A stretch of DNA of 64,000 nt. It comes from an uncultured beta proteobacterium. Its GTDB lineage: Bacteria > Pseudomonadota > Gammaproteobacteria > Burkholderiales > Burkholderiaceae_D. Below the pieces are notes generated by a model, which saw nothing but the letters and a program-made list of their open reading frames with translations, was not told where the DNA came from and searched no databases. Positions 9,668 through 21,027 of this stretch are shown here, one piece after another (positions within the stretch are counted from its first letter, which is position 1; each line of letters begins with the position of its first letter). The DNA is taken from positions 37,190 through 101,189 of the forward strand of contig CAVRJS010000002.1 of the NCBI GenBank assembly GCA_963722005.1, read 5' to 3'. The position numbers and the translations under genes are program-made.

Positions 9668-10716
9668 GGATGGACAAGCGCTTCCGGCGCGGACTGGTAG
9701 TCGGCAAATTCTGCCCCCTGCATCGCGGGCATGAACTGCTGATCGGTCGCGCCGTGGCGCAGTGCGACGAGGTACTCGTCATCAGTTATACCCTGCCGGA
9801 ATTCGCTGGCTGCAAACCGGCCAGGCGCGATGCCTGGCTGGCACAGCGGTTTCCGCACGTGCGCCGCCTGGTGCTCGACGCCGCTTCCTTGCAGACGCAT
9901 TGCCGGCAGCGTGGCGTGCCTTTGCGGGCAATGCCGCACAACGATGCCCCGGCCGACCTGCATCGGCAATTCTGCGCCTGGCTGTGCCGGGATTTGCTGC
10001 AACTGGAAGTGGATGCCGTGTTCACCAGCGAAGACTACGGCGATGGCTTCGCCGAAGCGCTGGGCGCCTATTTCACCGGTGTGGCCGGCGTACGCCGCGA
10101 AGTGCGGCACGTGTGCGTCGACCGGGCGCGAGTGGAAGTTCCGGTTTCCGGCACGATGCTGCGCGACGATCCGCACTTGCTGCGCGCATTCCTTGCGCCC
10201 GAGGTGTATGCCGACTTCGTCCGCCGCGCCTGTTTTCTGGGCGGCGAATCGAGCGGCAAGACCACGCTGGCACAAGCGCTGGCGCAGCGGTGCGCCACGG
10301 CCTGGGCGCCCGAATTCGGCCGCGAGTTGTGGGAAAAACAGCAAGGGCAGTTGCGGCATGCGGACATGCTGACCATTGCGCGCACCCAGGTAGCGCGGGA
10401 AGAGAGCCTGGGGCGGCAGGCAAACGGCTGGCTGTTTTGCGATACCTCGCCGCTCACCACGCTCTTTTACAGCGAGTGCATGTTCGGCGCGGCCGAGCCG
10501 GAATTGCATGAACTCGCCGGGCGGCGCTACGACCTGGTGTTTCTGTGCGCGCCGGATTTTCCGTTCGTGCAGGATGGCACGCGCCGCGACGGGCAGTTCC
10601 GCGAGCGCCAGCATGCCTGGTATGCCGACGCGCTGGCCAGGCGGGCGATGCCGCACATTGCCTTGCACGGTTCGCTGGACAAGCGGATCGACACGATATT
10701 GCGCCACCTGGGGTAA
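9664..10716 (+). CDS. nadR: NadR-type bifunctional NMN adenylyltransferase / ribosylnicotinamide kinase (no N-terminal HTH)
   Basis: 350 aa. N-terminal nucleotidyltransferase motif GKFCPLHRGH (HxGH) and downstream P-loop GGESSGKTTLAQ of the kinase domain. Translationally coupled to pnuC. The 512-aa ORF-track call (9178..) is a 5' over-extension in the same frame. Confidence 0.8.
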   Translation: MRMDKRFRRGLVVGKFCPLHRGHELLIGRAVAQCDEVLVISYTLPEFAGCKPARRDAWLAQRFPHVRRLVLDAASLQTHCRQRGVPLRAMPHNDAPADLHRQFCAWLCRDLLQLEVDAVFTSEDYGDGFAEALGAYFTGVAGVRREVRHVCVDRARVEVPVSGTMLRDDPHLLRAFLAPEVYADFVRRACFLGGESSGKTTLAQALAQRCATAWAPEFGRELWEKQQGQLRHADMLTIARTQVAREESLGRQANGWLFCDTSPLTTLFYSECMFGAAEPELHELAGRRYDLVFLCAPDFPFVQDGTRRDGQFRERQHAWYADALARRAMPHIALHGSLDKRIDTILRHLG

Positions 10717-11099
10717 CGCGCCGGGATTGTCGCTGCGGCCTCCTGCCCGGGAAGTAACGGCATCGTGACTTTGTCAGATTTCACAAATTTGGCACGCTCG
10801 TTCAGTTGCCACGGCGCCGAATATCAAGTATTTTTCCATATTCGGCTGCACACGGACCCGACACCATCTCGCCCGCTGCATCCGGCTCGCGGCGCGGTCA
10901 ACCAGACCCTGCCCGGCCCTTCCCCAGATTCCGGTATCCCGGCCGTCTGAGCGTGCAGGCGGCAAGCATTGCCTGCACCCCCGTTGCCTTGAACCCCGAT
11001 ATTTTTTCGGCATACATCCGCATTTTTTCCGGCGGCGACTCGTCGATTCCATCGCGTCCGGAAAGCGATGCCTGAACCCTGTTTACTTTCAGAATTGCC

Positions 11100-12332
11100 A
11101 TGAACACATTAAAACAACGCGCGCTGGCCTATCACGCTGCCGGCCAGCGCGGCAAGATCGCGACGCAAGTCACCAAGCCGGTAGCCACCCAGGATGACTT
11201 GTCGCTGGCCTATTCGCCCGGCGTCGCGGAGCCGTGCATCGAGATCCACAAGGACCCGCATGCTGCCTACGAATACACGGCCAAGGGCAACCTGGTCGGC
11301 GTCATCACCAACGGCACGGCGGTGCTGGGGCTGGGCGATATCGGCGCGCTGGCCGGCAAGCCTGTCATGGAAGGCAAGGCCGTGCTGTTCAAGAAATTCG
11401 CCGGCATCGATGCCTTCGATATCGAAATCGAAGAAGCCGATCCGGAAAAGCTGGTCGACATCATCGCCGCGCTGCATCCGACCTTTGGCGGCATCAACCT
11501 CGAAGACATCAAGGCGCCGGAATGCTTTTACGTCGAGCGCAAGCTGCGCGAGCGCCTGACGATCCCGGTGTTCCATGACGACCAGCACGGCACGGCGATC
11601 GTCGTCGGCGCCGGCATCCTCAATGCCCTGCACCTGACGGGACGCGACGTGGCGCAAGCCAAGGTAGTGTGCTCGGGCGCCGGCGCGGCAGCCATGGCCT
11701 GCCTGGACATGCTGGTGGACCTGGGCATCCGGCGCGAAAACGTGTACGTGTGCGACAGCCGCGGGGTGGTGACGACCGACCGCGAACTCACCGAGGAAAA
11801 ACGCGCCTGGGCACAAACGACGTCGGCAAAATGCCTGTCCGAGGTGATCGAATCGGCAGACGTCTTCCTCGGCCTGTCAGGACCCGGCCTGCTGTCGCAG
11901 GCGGACGTGCAGAAAATGGCGGCGCAGCCGATCGTTTTCGTGCTGGCCAACCCGGACCCGGAACTGCGTCCCGAACTGATCCGCGAAGTCGCGGCCGATG
12001 CCATCATCGCCACCGGCCGCTCGGATTACCCGAACCAGATCAACAATGCCTTGTGCTTTCCCTACCTGTTCCGCGCCGCTCTCGATGTCGGCGCCACCAA
12101 CATCAACCAGGAAATGAAGCGCGCCTGTGTTGCGGCGCTGGCTGAACTGGCGCGCAACGACGAACGTTTCGGCAATGAGTATGTCGTACCGGGTTTGCTG
12201 GACAAGCGCCTGCTGACCGAGGTGACGCCGCGGATTGCCACCGCTGCTGCGGCCAGCGGCGTGGCGCGCAAACCGGTCGATCTGCAGGAATACGCGGTCC
12301 GGCTGGAGACGCTGGCACAAACCCTTTTGTAG
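11100..12332 (+). CDS. NAD(P)-dependent malic enzyme (small-form malate dehydrogenase, oxaloacetate-decarboxylating)
   Basis: 410 aa. Malic enzyme N-terminal and NAD-binding domains (…[13 protein letters not shown]…, …GAGAAAMAC…). Confidence 0.85.
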   Translation: MNTLKQRALAYHAAGQRGKIATQVTKPVATQDDLSLAYSPGVAEPCIEIHKDPHAAYEYTAKGNLVGVITNGTAVLGLGDIGALAGKPVMEGKAVLFKKFAGIDAFDIEIEEADPEKLVDIIAALHPTFGGINLEDIKAPECFYVERKLRERLTIPVFHDDQHGTAIVVGAGILNALHLTGRDVAQAKVVCSGAGAAAMACLDMLVDLGIRRENVYVCDSRGVVTTDRELTEEKRAWAQTTSAKCLSEVIESADVFLGLSGPGLLSQADVQKMAAQPIVFVLANPDPELRPELIREVAADAIIATGRSDYPNQINNALCFPYLFRAALDVGATNINQEMKRACVAALAELARNDERFGNEYVVPGLLDKRLLTEVTPRIATAAAASGVARKPVDLQEYAVRLETLAQTLL

Positions 12333-12347
12333 ACGGAAGAAACGTTC

Positions 12348-12965
12348 ATGGCCGGCCCCGATCTTGATTTTTGGCAATCCCGCTTTGAAACCGGCAATAC
12401 GCCCTGGGACCGCGGCCAGGCCAATCCGCAACTGGAACGCTGGATTGCCGCCGGGACGATTGCCCCCGGCATTTCAATGATTGTGCCGGGCTGCGGCCAA
12501 GGCTGGGAAGTGGCGTCGCTTGCCGCGCACGGTATCGCGGTCACCGGTGTGGATTATGCGCCGGGTGCGCTGTCAGCCTGTGCGTCGCTGCTGCAGTCTG
12601 CCGGCCTTGCGGCCGCGCTGGTGCAGGCCGACGTGCTGGATTGGCAGCCGGCGGCGCCGGCCGATGCCGTCTACGAACAGACGTGCCTGTGCGCCATCCA
12701 TCCGGACCACTGGCGCGCCTATGCCGACCGCCTGCACGCATGGATACGTCCCGGTGGGCGCCTGTTTGCCATGTTCGTGCAGGCGCTTGCGGAAGAATCG
12801 GCGCAAGGCTTCATCAAGGGGCCCCCCTATCATTGCGACATCCATGCCATGCGGGCGCTATTCCCCGAGGCGCGCTGGGAATGGCCGGCGCCACCCTATC
12901 CACGCCTGGGCGAGCCATCCGCCCTGTTCCAGGAGCTGGCGGTCATCCTGGTACGCAAGGCCTGA
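12348..12965 (+). CDS. SAM-dependent methyltransferase, thiopurine S-methyltransferase (TPMT/Tpm) family
   Basis: 205 aa. N-terminal DFWQSRFETGNTPWD… and VPGCGQGWEV SAM-binding motif typical of TPMT-family enzymes. Confidence 0.7.
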   Translation: MAGPDLDFWQSRFETGNTPWDRGQANPQLERWIAAGTIAPGISMIVPGCGQGWEVASLAAHGIAVTGVDYAPGALSACASLLQSAGLAAALVQADVLDWQPAAPADAVYEQTCLCAIHPDHWRAYADRLHAWIRPGGRLFAMFVQALAEESAQGFIKGPPYHCDIHAMRALFPEARWEWPAPPYPRLGEPSALFQELAVILVRKA

Positions 12966-12979
12966 GCAGCGCGCCAGGG

Positions 12980-14242
12980 CTATTTGATATCCAGCCGGTA
13001 ATCGACTACCAGGCTGCCGCGGATGTATTCGAGTCCGCCATCCTTGCGAAAACGGCTGATGGTTTTTTCCGGCAGCGGGCGCTGTTCGATGCGGATGTCC
13101 TGCTGACCGGCGCCGGCAAAAGCGGCGCTGATGGCTGCCTGCACGCGCTCGCCGAGCGCCTGCTCCGCCACCAGCAGGTGATGTATGGCGTCGTAATCCC
13201 AGCCGCCCTTCGCTGCGGTTTCGCCGCTGCCGTCGCTGTCGAAGAACTGGTTCAGGGTTTGCCTGAATTCCGCGGCGGTGGTGACGCAATAGCGCAGCAC
13301 GTAATCCGGGAAATATTCCTTCACCTTGCCAGCCTCCTCGGTTTCCTCCGGATTGCGGCACATCACCGTCAGTGTGTTTTCCTGCAATTCCAGCGGCAGC
13401 CAACCCTTGCTTTCGAGATCATCGCGGGAAAAATACTGCAGCAGCGTTGACGGGCAGGCGCGTTCTTCGGCGGCGGCCACGTAAGGCACGCGGTAGAAGC
13501 GCGCCAGCGCCACGCCGATGTCGGCGCGCTGCACCTGGAATTCGTTGACCAGCACATCCTCTACGTCCAGCCCCTTGCGGTGCGCCGAGCGCCTGGCCAG
13601 GCCCAGTTCGGCCATGTCGAGAATGCCGTGCGCGACCAGCGGATCGTGCTTGTCGCGAATCACCACCGGCGGCTTCATGCGCTGGGCAAAAGCCACCGCC
13701 AGCGTGGCGCACAACGCCGCCACGGCTTCTTCCATCTGCGCGGAAAACGGCTGACCGTCGCGGCTGTTGATGAGCTGAACTACGCCCAGCAATTCGCCGC
13801 TGGCGGCATTGACCAGCGGCGCGCACAGCATCTGGCGGCTACGGTAGCCGGTGCGATCATCGACCTTGCCGGTAAATTGCAGCGGCGGCGTGTAGGTCGC
13901 CAGTTCGGCGGCATCGTAGACATCGCGCACGTTCACGGTTTTCTTGTACAAGGCGACGTGACCGGCAATGCTGTTCTCGGCGATCGCCAGGGAAAAATTG
14001 CGGAAGCCGTCCATGCCGGTCTTGACGCGCGAGCGAATCGCCGTGCGACTTTCATCCACCGCGTAGATCGTCAGGCGCTCGCACAGGAACAGGGCGCAGA
14101 TATCCTGCGACAGATCCACCATGATCTCGTCGATATTGGCAGTTGCGTGGATCTTGTTGGTAAGAGATTGCAGGCGCCTCGAAAAAACCAGCTGTTCGCT
14201 CAGCGTTGCGCCGGCGCTGGATGCCGCATCGTGTTGGTCCAA
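12980..14242 (-). CDS. GAF domain protein with C-terminal T2SS-E N-terminal-like (GspE_N/MshEN-like) domain
   Basis: 420 aa. GAF-like region (…HVALYKKTVNVRDVYDAAE…), then a segment resembling the GspE N-terminal domain (…LESKGWLPLELQENTLTVMCRNPEETEEAGKVKEYFPDYVLRYCVTTAAEFRQTL…). Confidence 0.7.
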   Translation of the reverse strand: MDQHDAASSAGATLSEQLVFSRRLQSLTNKIHATANIDEIMVDLSQDICALFLCERLTIYAVDESRTAIRSRVKTGMDGFRNFSLAIAENSIAGHVALYKKTVNVRDVYDAAELATYTPPLQFTGKVDDRTGYRSRQMLCAPLVNAASGELLGVVQLINSRDGQPFSAQMEEAVAALCATLAVAFAQRMKPPVVIRDKHDPLVAHGILDMAELGLARRSAHRKGLDVEDVLVNEFQVQRADIGVALARFYRVPYVAAAEERACPSTLLQYFSRDDLESKGWLPLELQENTLTVMCRNPEETEEAGKVKEYFPDYVLRYCVTTAAEFRQTLNQFFDSDGSGETAAKGGWDYDAIHHLLVAEQALGERVQAAISAAFAGAGQQDIRIEQRPLPEKTISRFRKDGGLEYIRGSLVVDYRLDIK

Positions 14243-14361
14243 TTTCGACTCCTGTTATGTGTATTTACAGAAACATAACAGAAAATCCGGGCTACCGACA
14301 GCTTCCCGCAACCCCTGCACGGCACGCTTACGCGTTACAGGGGCATAATCGTAGTAAGTGC

Positions 14362-14955
14362 CTACTTCCGCATCATCCGCAAGATATCGTCCAGCGCATT
14401 GCCATCGCCGTTCTGATCGAGCAGCGCGCCCAGGCCGCCAAAGCCGCCCTGGCTTGCATTGCCGCCGGCCGACGCCTGGCCACCCAACAGCCCGCCGAGC
14501 ATGCCGCCGAGTCCGCCGCTGCTGCCCAGGCCCGTGCCGCCACCGCCGCCATCCTGCGCGCCACTGCCCTGTTTTGCCATGTAGCCGGCGACCATCATGG
14601 CGACGATCGGCAACATCTTTTTCAGCAAGCCGGCATCAAGGCCGGATTGCGCTGCGGCGTTCTGCGCCACGGCGCGGCTGACATCGCGCGAGCCGAAAAT
14701 CTGCCCGAGCACGTCGTTGCCGCGGCTGACTTCGGTAGGCTGCGGCGACAGCACGTTGTCCAGCAGGCCGCCGCCCAACTGACCGAGCAAGCCGCCCAAG
14801 CCACCGCCGCCATCCGCCGCCTGCTTTTTGAAGCCGCCGAGGAGAGCCGGCATCAGCGCTTCGGCGCCGCTGGCGGCCTGGCTTTCGCTGACGCCAAGTT
14901 CACGGGCCATGGACTGGATGCCGCCCATCTGGGCGAGGATGTCGGTGATTTGCAT
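14362..14955 (-). CDS. DUF937 (YidB-like) glycine-rich protein
   Basis: About 197 aa from MQITDILAQMGG…. Gly-rich low-complexity core (GGGGLGGLLGQLGGG…). AAGGAGG-like RBS 8 nt upstream of the chosen ATG. The ORF-track start at 14994 is a likely over-extension. Confidence 0.7.
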   Translation of the reverse strand: MQITDILAQMGGIQSMARELGVSESQAASGAEALMPALLGGFKKQAADGGGGLGGLLGQLGGGLLDNVLSPQPTEVSRGNDVLGQIFGSRDVSRAVAQNAAAQSGLDAGLLKKMLPIVAMMVAGYMAKQGSGAQDGGGGGTGLGSSGGLGGMLGGLLGGQASAGGNASQGGFGGLGALLDQNGDGNALDDILRMMRK

Positions 14956-14971
14956 GGATAAGCTCCTGACG

Positions 14972-15232
14972 TCAGAAATGGGGCTGCCGGGCACTGCGGA
15001 TCGGCGCCGGCAGCAGTTTGAGAAGGGTGTGCAGCGCCAGCGGCACGATCACCAGGTCGTCAACCACGCCCAGTACCGGCACGACGTAGCTGAATGGCGC
15101 GATGGCATAGAGCGCCAGCAGAACCAGCGCCGGCAGCAGCCAGCCCGGACGCGCCGGATGGCGCAGGGCGAACCATGCCAGCCGCAGGTCGGCGCGGCTG
15201 GTGCGCCACAGGATCAGGAACAGTCTTTTCAT
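14972..15232 (-). CDS. DUF1232 (YkvA-like) small membrane protein
   Basis: 86 aa with two TM segments and a DUF1232-like core (…YAIAPFSYVVPVLGVVDDLVIVPLAL…). Immediately upstream of the DUF937 gene. Confidence 0.65.
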   Translation of the reverse strand: MKRLFLILWRTSRADLRLAWFALRHPARPGWLLPALVLLALYAIAPFSYVVPVLGVVDDLVIVPLALHTLLKLLPAPIRSARQPHF

Positions 15233-15348
15233 AGGTCATGCCTCATAAGGGTTGAAGCATTGCTTTGGATTATACCGAGCAAGCTTGGTTCACCTGCACG
15301 GGATGCCGGGAGCGGTTCCCATAGTTTGCATGCGCTTGATGCAGATAG

Positions 15349-16650
<1,302 letters not shown>

Positions 16651-16736
16651 ATTGGGAACTTTTTTGCAAGGATAATATCCAACACTTCTTGATCTTTCCT
16701 GTTGTCAATTAGCAAAATGTTATGGCAGAATGGCAT

Positions 16737-16766
16737 GCACGCGGGTTTCCCGTGTGCTTTTTTTTG
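16737..16766 (+). terminator. rho-independent terminator downstream of hmp
   Basis: GCACGCGGG-TTT-CCCGTGTGC perfect 9-bp stem followed by a T8 run. Confidence 0.75.
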
Positions 16767-16787
16767 CCGTTAACTGATACCAGAAAG

Positions 16788-17378
16788 ATGGAGGCAGGCT
16801 TGAACAATCCTTACTCGGCTCCGACCGCAACGCTGTCCGGCGCCCTCGCTGATAACGAAACTTACGATCCGAAGGTGTTTGCCGTAAATGGCCGCATCGG
16901 CCGGCTGCGCTACCTTGCCTATTCCATGCTCCTGTCGCTGGCGCTCATGGTGGTCCTGGCCATCGGCGGAGTGCTGGCTGCAACGGTGGGCGGCGATGGC
17001 GGTGGCGCAATGATTGCAATCCTCGTGATCTTCATCTACATCCCGTCGTTCGCCATCAGCTTCATCATGGCCAAGCGGCGCCTGAACGACCTCGACCACA
17101 GCGGCTGGATGTCGCTGCTGATGCTGGTGCCGCTGGTGAACGCCATCCTGGCCCTGTACCTGATTTTTGCACCCGGCACCCAGGCGGCAAACCGTTTCGG
17201 CCCGGCGCCGTCGAAAAATTCCACCCTGGTGGTCGTCGGCGCACTGCTGCTGCCGGTGATTTTCGTGGTCGGCATCCTGGCCGCAGTGGCCATCCCGGCT
17301 TACCAGGATTACACCGTCCGCGCTCAGGAGATGCAGATGGAGCAATCTCAGGACGCGCAAACGCAAGAAGCCGAATAA
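16788..17378 (+). CDS. DUF805 inner-membrane protein with C-terminal type IV pilin-like hydrophobic helix
   Basis: About 196 aa from MEAGLNNPYSAP…. DUF805-like core (…NGRIGRLRYLAYSMLL…). The C-terminus (…VVGILAAVAIPAYQDYTVRAQEMQ…) closely matches the conserved N-terminal alpha-1 helix of type IV pilins. Start chosen downstream of the hmp terminator. Confidence 0.7.
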   Translation: MEAGLNNPYSAPTATLSGALADNETYDPKVFAVNGRIGRLRYLAYSMLLSLALMVVLAIGGVLAATVGGDGGGAMIAILVIFIYIPSFAISFIMAKRRLNDLDHSGWMSLLMLVPLVNAILALYLIFAPGTQAANRFGPAPSKNSTLVVVGALLLPVIFVVGILAAVAIPAYQDYTVRAQEMQMEQSQDAQTQEAE

Positions 17379-17427
17379 GCGCCTGTCACCGCCGGGCGGG
17401 TTCCTGCCCGGCGTTTCTTCCCGCCCC

Positions 17428-18728
17428 TTACAGCTGGCCGCTTTCCTTGATATCCAGGTAGCGATTCACCAGCGACATCCCCAGCCTTTCCGGCGTAATG
17501 TCGATCAGTTGCCCGGCGCGAATGCCGAAGTGGCGTATGGCGTCGTCGCGCTGTTCCAGGTAATGCGCCGTGGCGCAATAGCGCAACGCTTCGTCGAACT
17601 GGCGCACCGGCGTCTCGATCACCGCATCGAGGCTGCGCTCGCGCAGGCTGGCGCACATCACCAGGTGCCTTGACGACAGCAGCTCGCACGCCGCGCGCAT
17701 GGCATGGTCGTCCTCGTCGCGCAGGTTGGTGATGATGACCACGAAGGCGCGCTTGCCGAGGCGGTTGAGCAGGCCGCTTGCGGCTTGCAGGTAATCTGGC
17801 GCGACCTCGCCCGCCTGCAAGTCGTATACGCCCGCCAGCAAGCGGTCCAGGCCGGTGCGGCCCTTGGCCGGACTCAGCCAGCGCGTCTGCGCGCCGAAAC
17901 TCAGCAGCCCCACCGCATCGCCCTGCTTCTGCGCCACAAACCCCAGCGTCAGCACGGCATTGAGGGCATGGTCGAAATGCGAAGAAACGCCATCCCTGGC
18001 CAGCATGCGCCGGCCGGTGTCAAGCAGGAACACCACCTGCTGGTCGCGCTCTTCGCGGTATTCGCGGGTGATCGGCCTTTGCAGGCGCGACGTCGCCTTC
18101 CAGTCGATCGCGCGCATGCTGTCGCCCTGGCGGTATTCGCGTAGCTGGCGGAAATCCGTGCCTTCGCCGCGCCGGCGCTTGCGTATCGCCCCCGCCGCCG
18201 GCGAACGCCGGTCAGTCGCGGTGAGCGCATGGCCGAGCAGCTTGGAATAGTCCGGAAACACCTTGACCTCGGTGATCTCGCCCAAACGCAGGTGGCGCCG
18301 CCACAGGCCCAGCGGCGAACGCACGCGCACGTGCGCGACGCCGAAGACGGCGTCGCCGCGCCGGTCCGGGCACAGGCGGTAGCCGACCGCGGCGAAACGT
18401 CCCGGCGCAATGCGCGTGGCATACGGCAAACCCTCCATGCCCCAGGCGCCAGGGTAATCGTCCAGCAGCTCGACTGCCAGCGCCCGCCCGCCTTCATTGT
18501 GCAGCGTGACCGTGGCGCCATTCCAGACATCCACGGGCCAGACGCCGGAGACTTGTCGCTCCACGCGCAAGGCCGGCGCTTTCCACGCCAGCAGGGCATC
18601 GGCAATGCCAATCAGCAGCAACGCCAGGCCGGCGCCCTGCCAGAACGGCGCCACCCCCGGCCACCAGCCGGCGGCAAACCCCAGCAGCGCCCACGCGGAC
18701 GCCGCCAGCAACAATCGGCGCGACGGGG

Positions 18729-18732
<4 letters not shown>
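17428..18732 (-). CDS. DUF58 domain protein (vWA-like), MoxR partner
   Basis: 434 aa. N-terminal TM segments. Typical DUF58 genes follow MoxR ATPases. Start overlaps the MoxR stop (ATGA). Confidence 0.8.
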
Positions 18733-19767
<1,035 letters not shown>

Positions 19768-19778
<11 letters not shown>

Positions 19779-21027
19779 AGGTTTTCCTCAGTAGTCGAAG
19801 TGTATGGATCTGGCGGGTAAACTGTATCGGTGTCTTGCCGGGCGGGTCCCGCAAGGCGGCGATCACGCTGGCTTTGGGCAGCTTGCTGTCCTCTGCCAGG
19901 CTATCGATCTGCTGGTCCGGATGCTGGCGCAGCAAGTGCGGCGCGCGCTGACGCCAGGCCTTGCTGGCGGCGGCGCGGGCAGCGTTGAGCAGGATTTCGC
20001 GCCCGCCCGGCACACGCCACAGCCAGCGCCCGCTGGCGTCGATATGCTCGACCAGCGAGCGGCGCTCCAGCAGCGGTTCTGGCAGCGGCGTGCCGAAGCG
20101 GCGCATCGACATCCACAGGAACAGCGCCAGTACGCAGACCGCGCCGATCAGACCTTCCTTGAAATTGGTCCATAGCGCCTGGTGCCACTTGGGCATCTCC
20201 AGCCCCTGCACGATGATGAAGTGCTTGCCGGATGTGCCGGCAATGCCAAGCAGCAGTTCCGCATGGTCGCTGCCGACCAGTTGGTTGTTTTCGAAATATT
20301 GCTGCGCCAACAAAACGACGCGCCCGCGCCCTTCCTGGTAGATGCGCACCACTTCACCGTTGGCATCGGCATGTGTCGGCACGTGGCCTTCGCGAAACGT
20401 CCACAGCGCCGAATAACCGTGCTCGATCTGCAGCGGATAGACGCCGCCTGGCAGCGTGAATTCGACGACATCGCGTTTGATTGCCTGCCCCGGTTTGCGC
20501 GCAGAGTCCGCCGGATTTTGACGGCGGTTCAGCGAAACGCCATAGCGGCCGCCGAAGGGGTCACGCGTAGCCGATCTTTCACCGTCCTCGTCTTCGGTTG
20601 CCTGCTCATCGTCGTCTTCGTACTCGCCATCGTCGCCGGCATCTTCACCGTCGCTGTCGTCGTTCGTGCTGGCGCTGCCGCTGCGCCATTTCGGCTGCGC
20701 GATCAATGTATTGCCCTGCCTGACCCAGGCCAGAAGGCGTTGCTCCTGTTCCTTGCCGAGCAGGCCGCCGTTCTGGGCGATCAGGATCGTGCCCTGGGGC
20801 GGCAAGTCGAGCAGCGCTTCATGCAGCATGGGATGCGTGTCGATCTTGTAGCCGCGCGCAGTCAACAGCCGCTCGGCCGCCAGCAGGGGATTGTCGCTCC
20901 ATGCCTTGGGAACGTGGCGCTTTGCTTCGACGCGCTGCTCGAAGTTGGCAAACCACCACGCCGCGGTTGCCGCGCATACCAGCAGCGACAGGATGCCCAG
21001 CAGCCATTGTCTTTGTGTATGACTCAT
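19768..21027 (-). CDS. DUF4350-like membrane protein with acidic low-complexity insert
   Basis: 419 aa. N-terminal TM. D/E-rich tract ([28 protein letters not shown]). Its position between the DUF4129-like and MoxR genes matches the conserved cluster. Confidence 0.65.

Noticed and set aside
9178-10716. 512-aa ORF upstream-extended version of the NadR-like gene
   Set aside because: The first 486 nt overlap pnuC in another frame and translate to Pro/Arg-rich nonsense. A conserved NMNAT motif begins right after the ATG at 9664, which overlaps the pnuC stop.
14206-14961. 251-aa plus-strand ORF
   Set aside because: Antisense to the glycine-rich DUF937 gene (GGC repeats read as Ala/Arg on the other strand).
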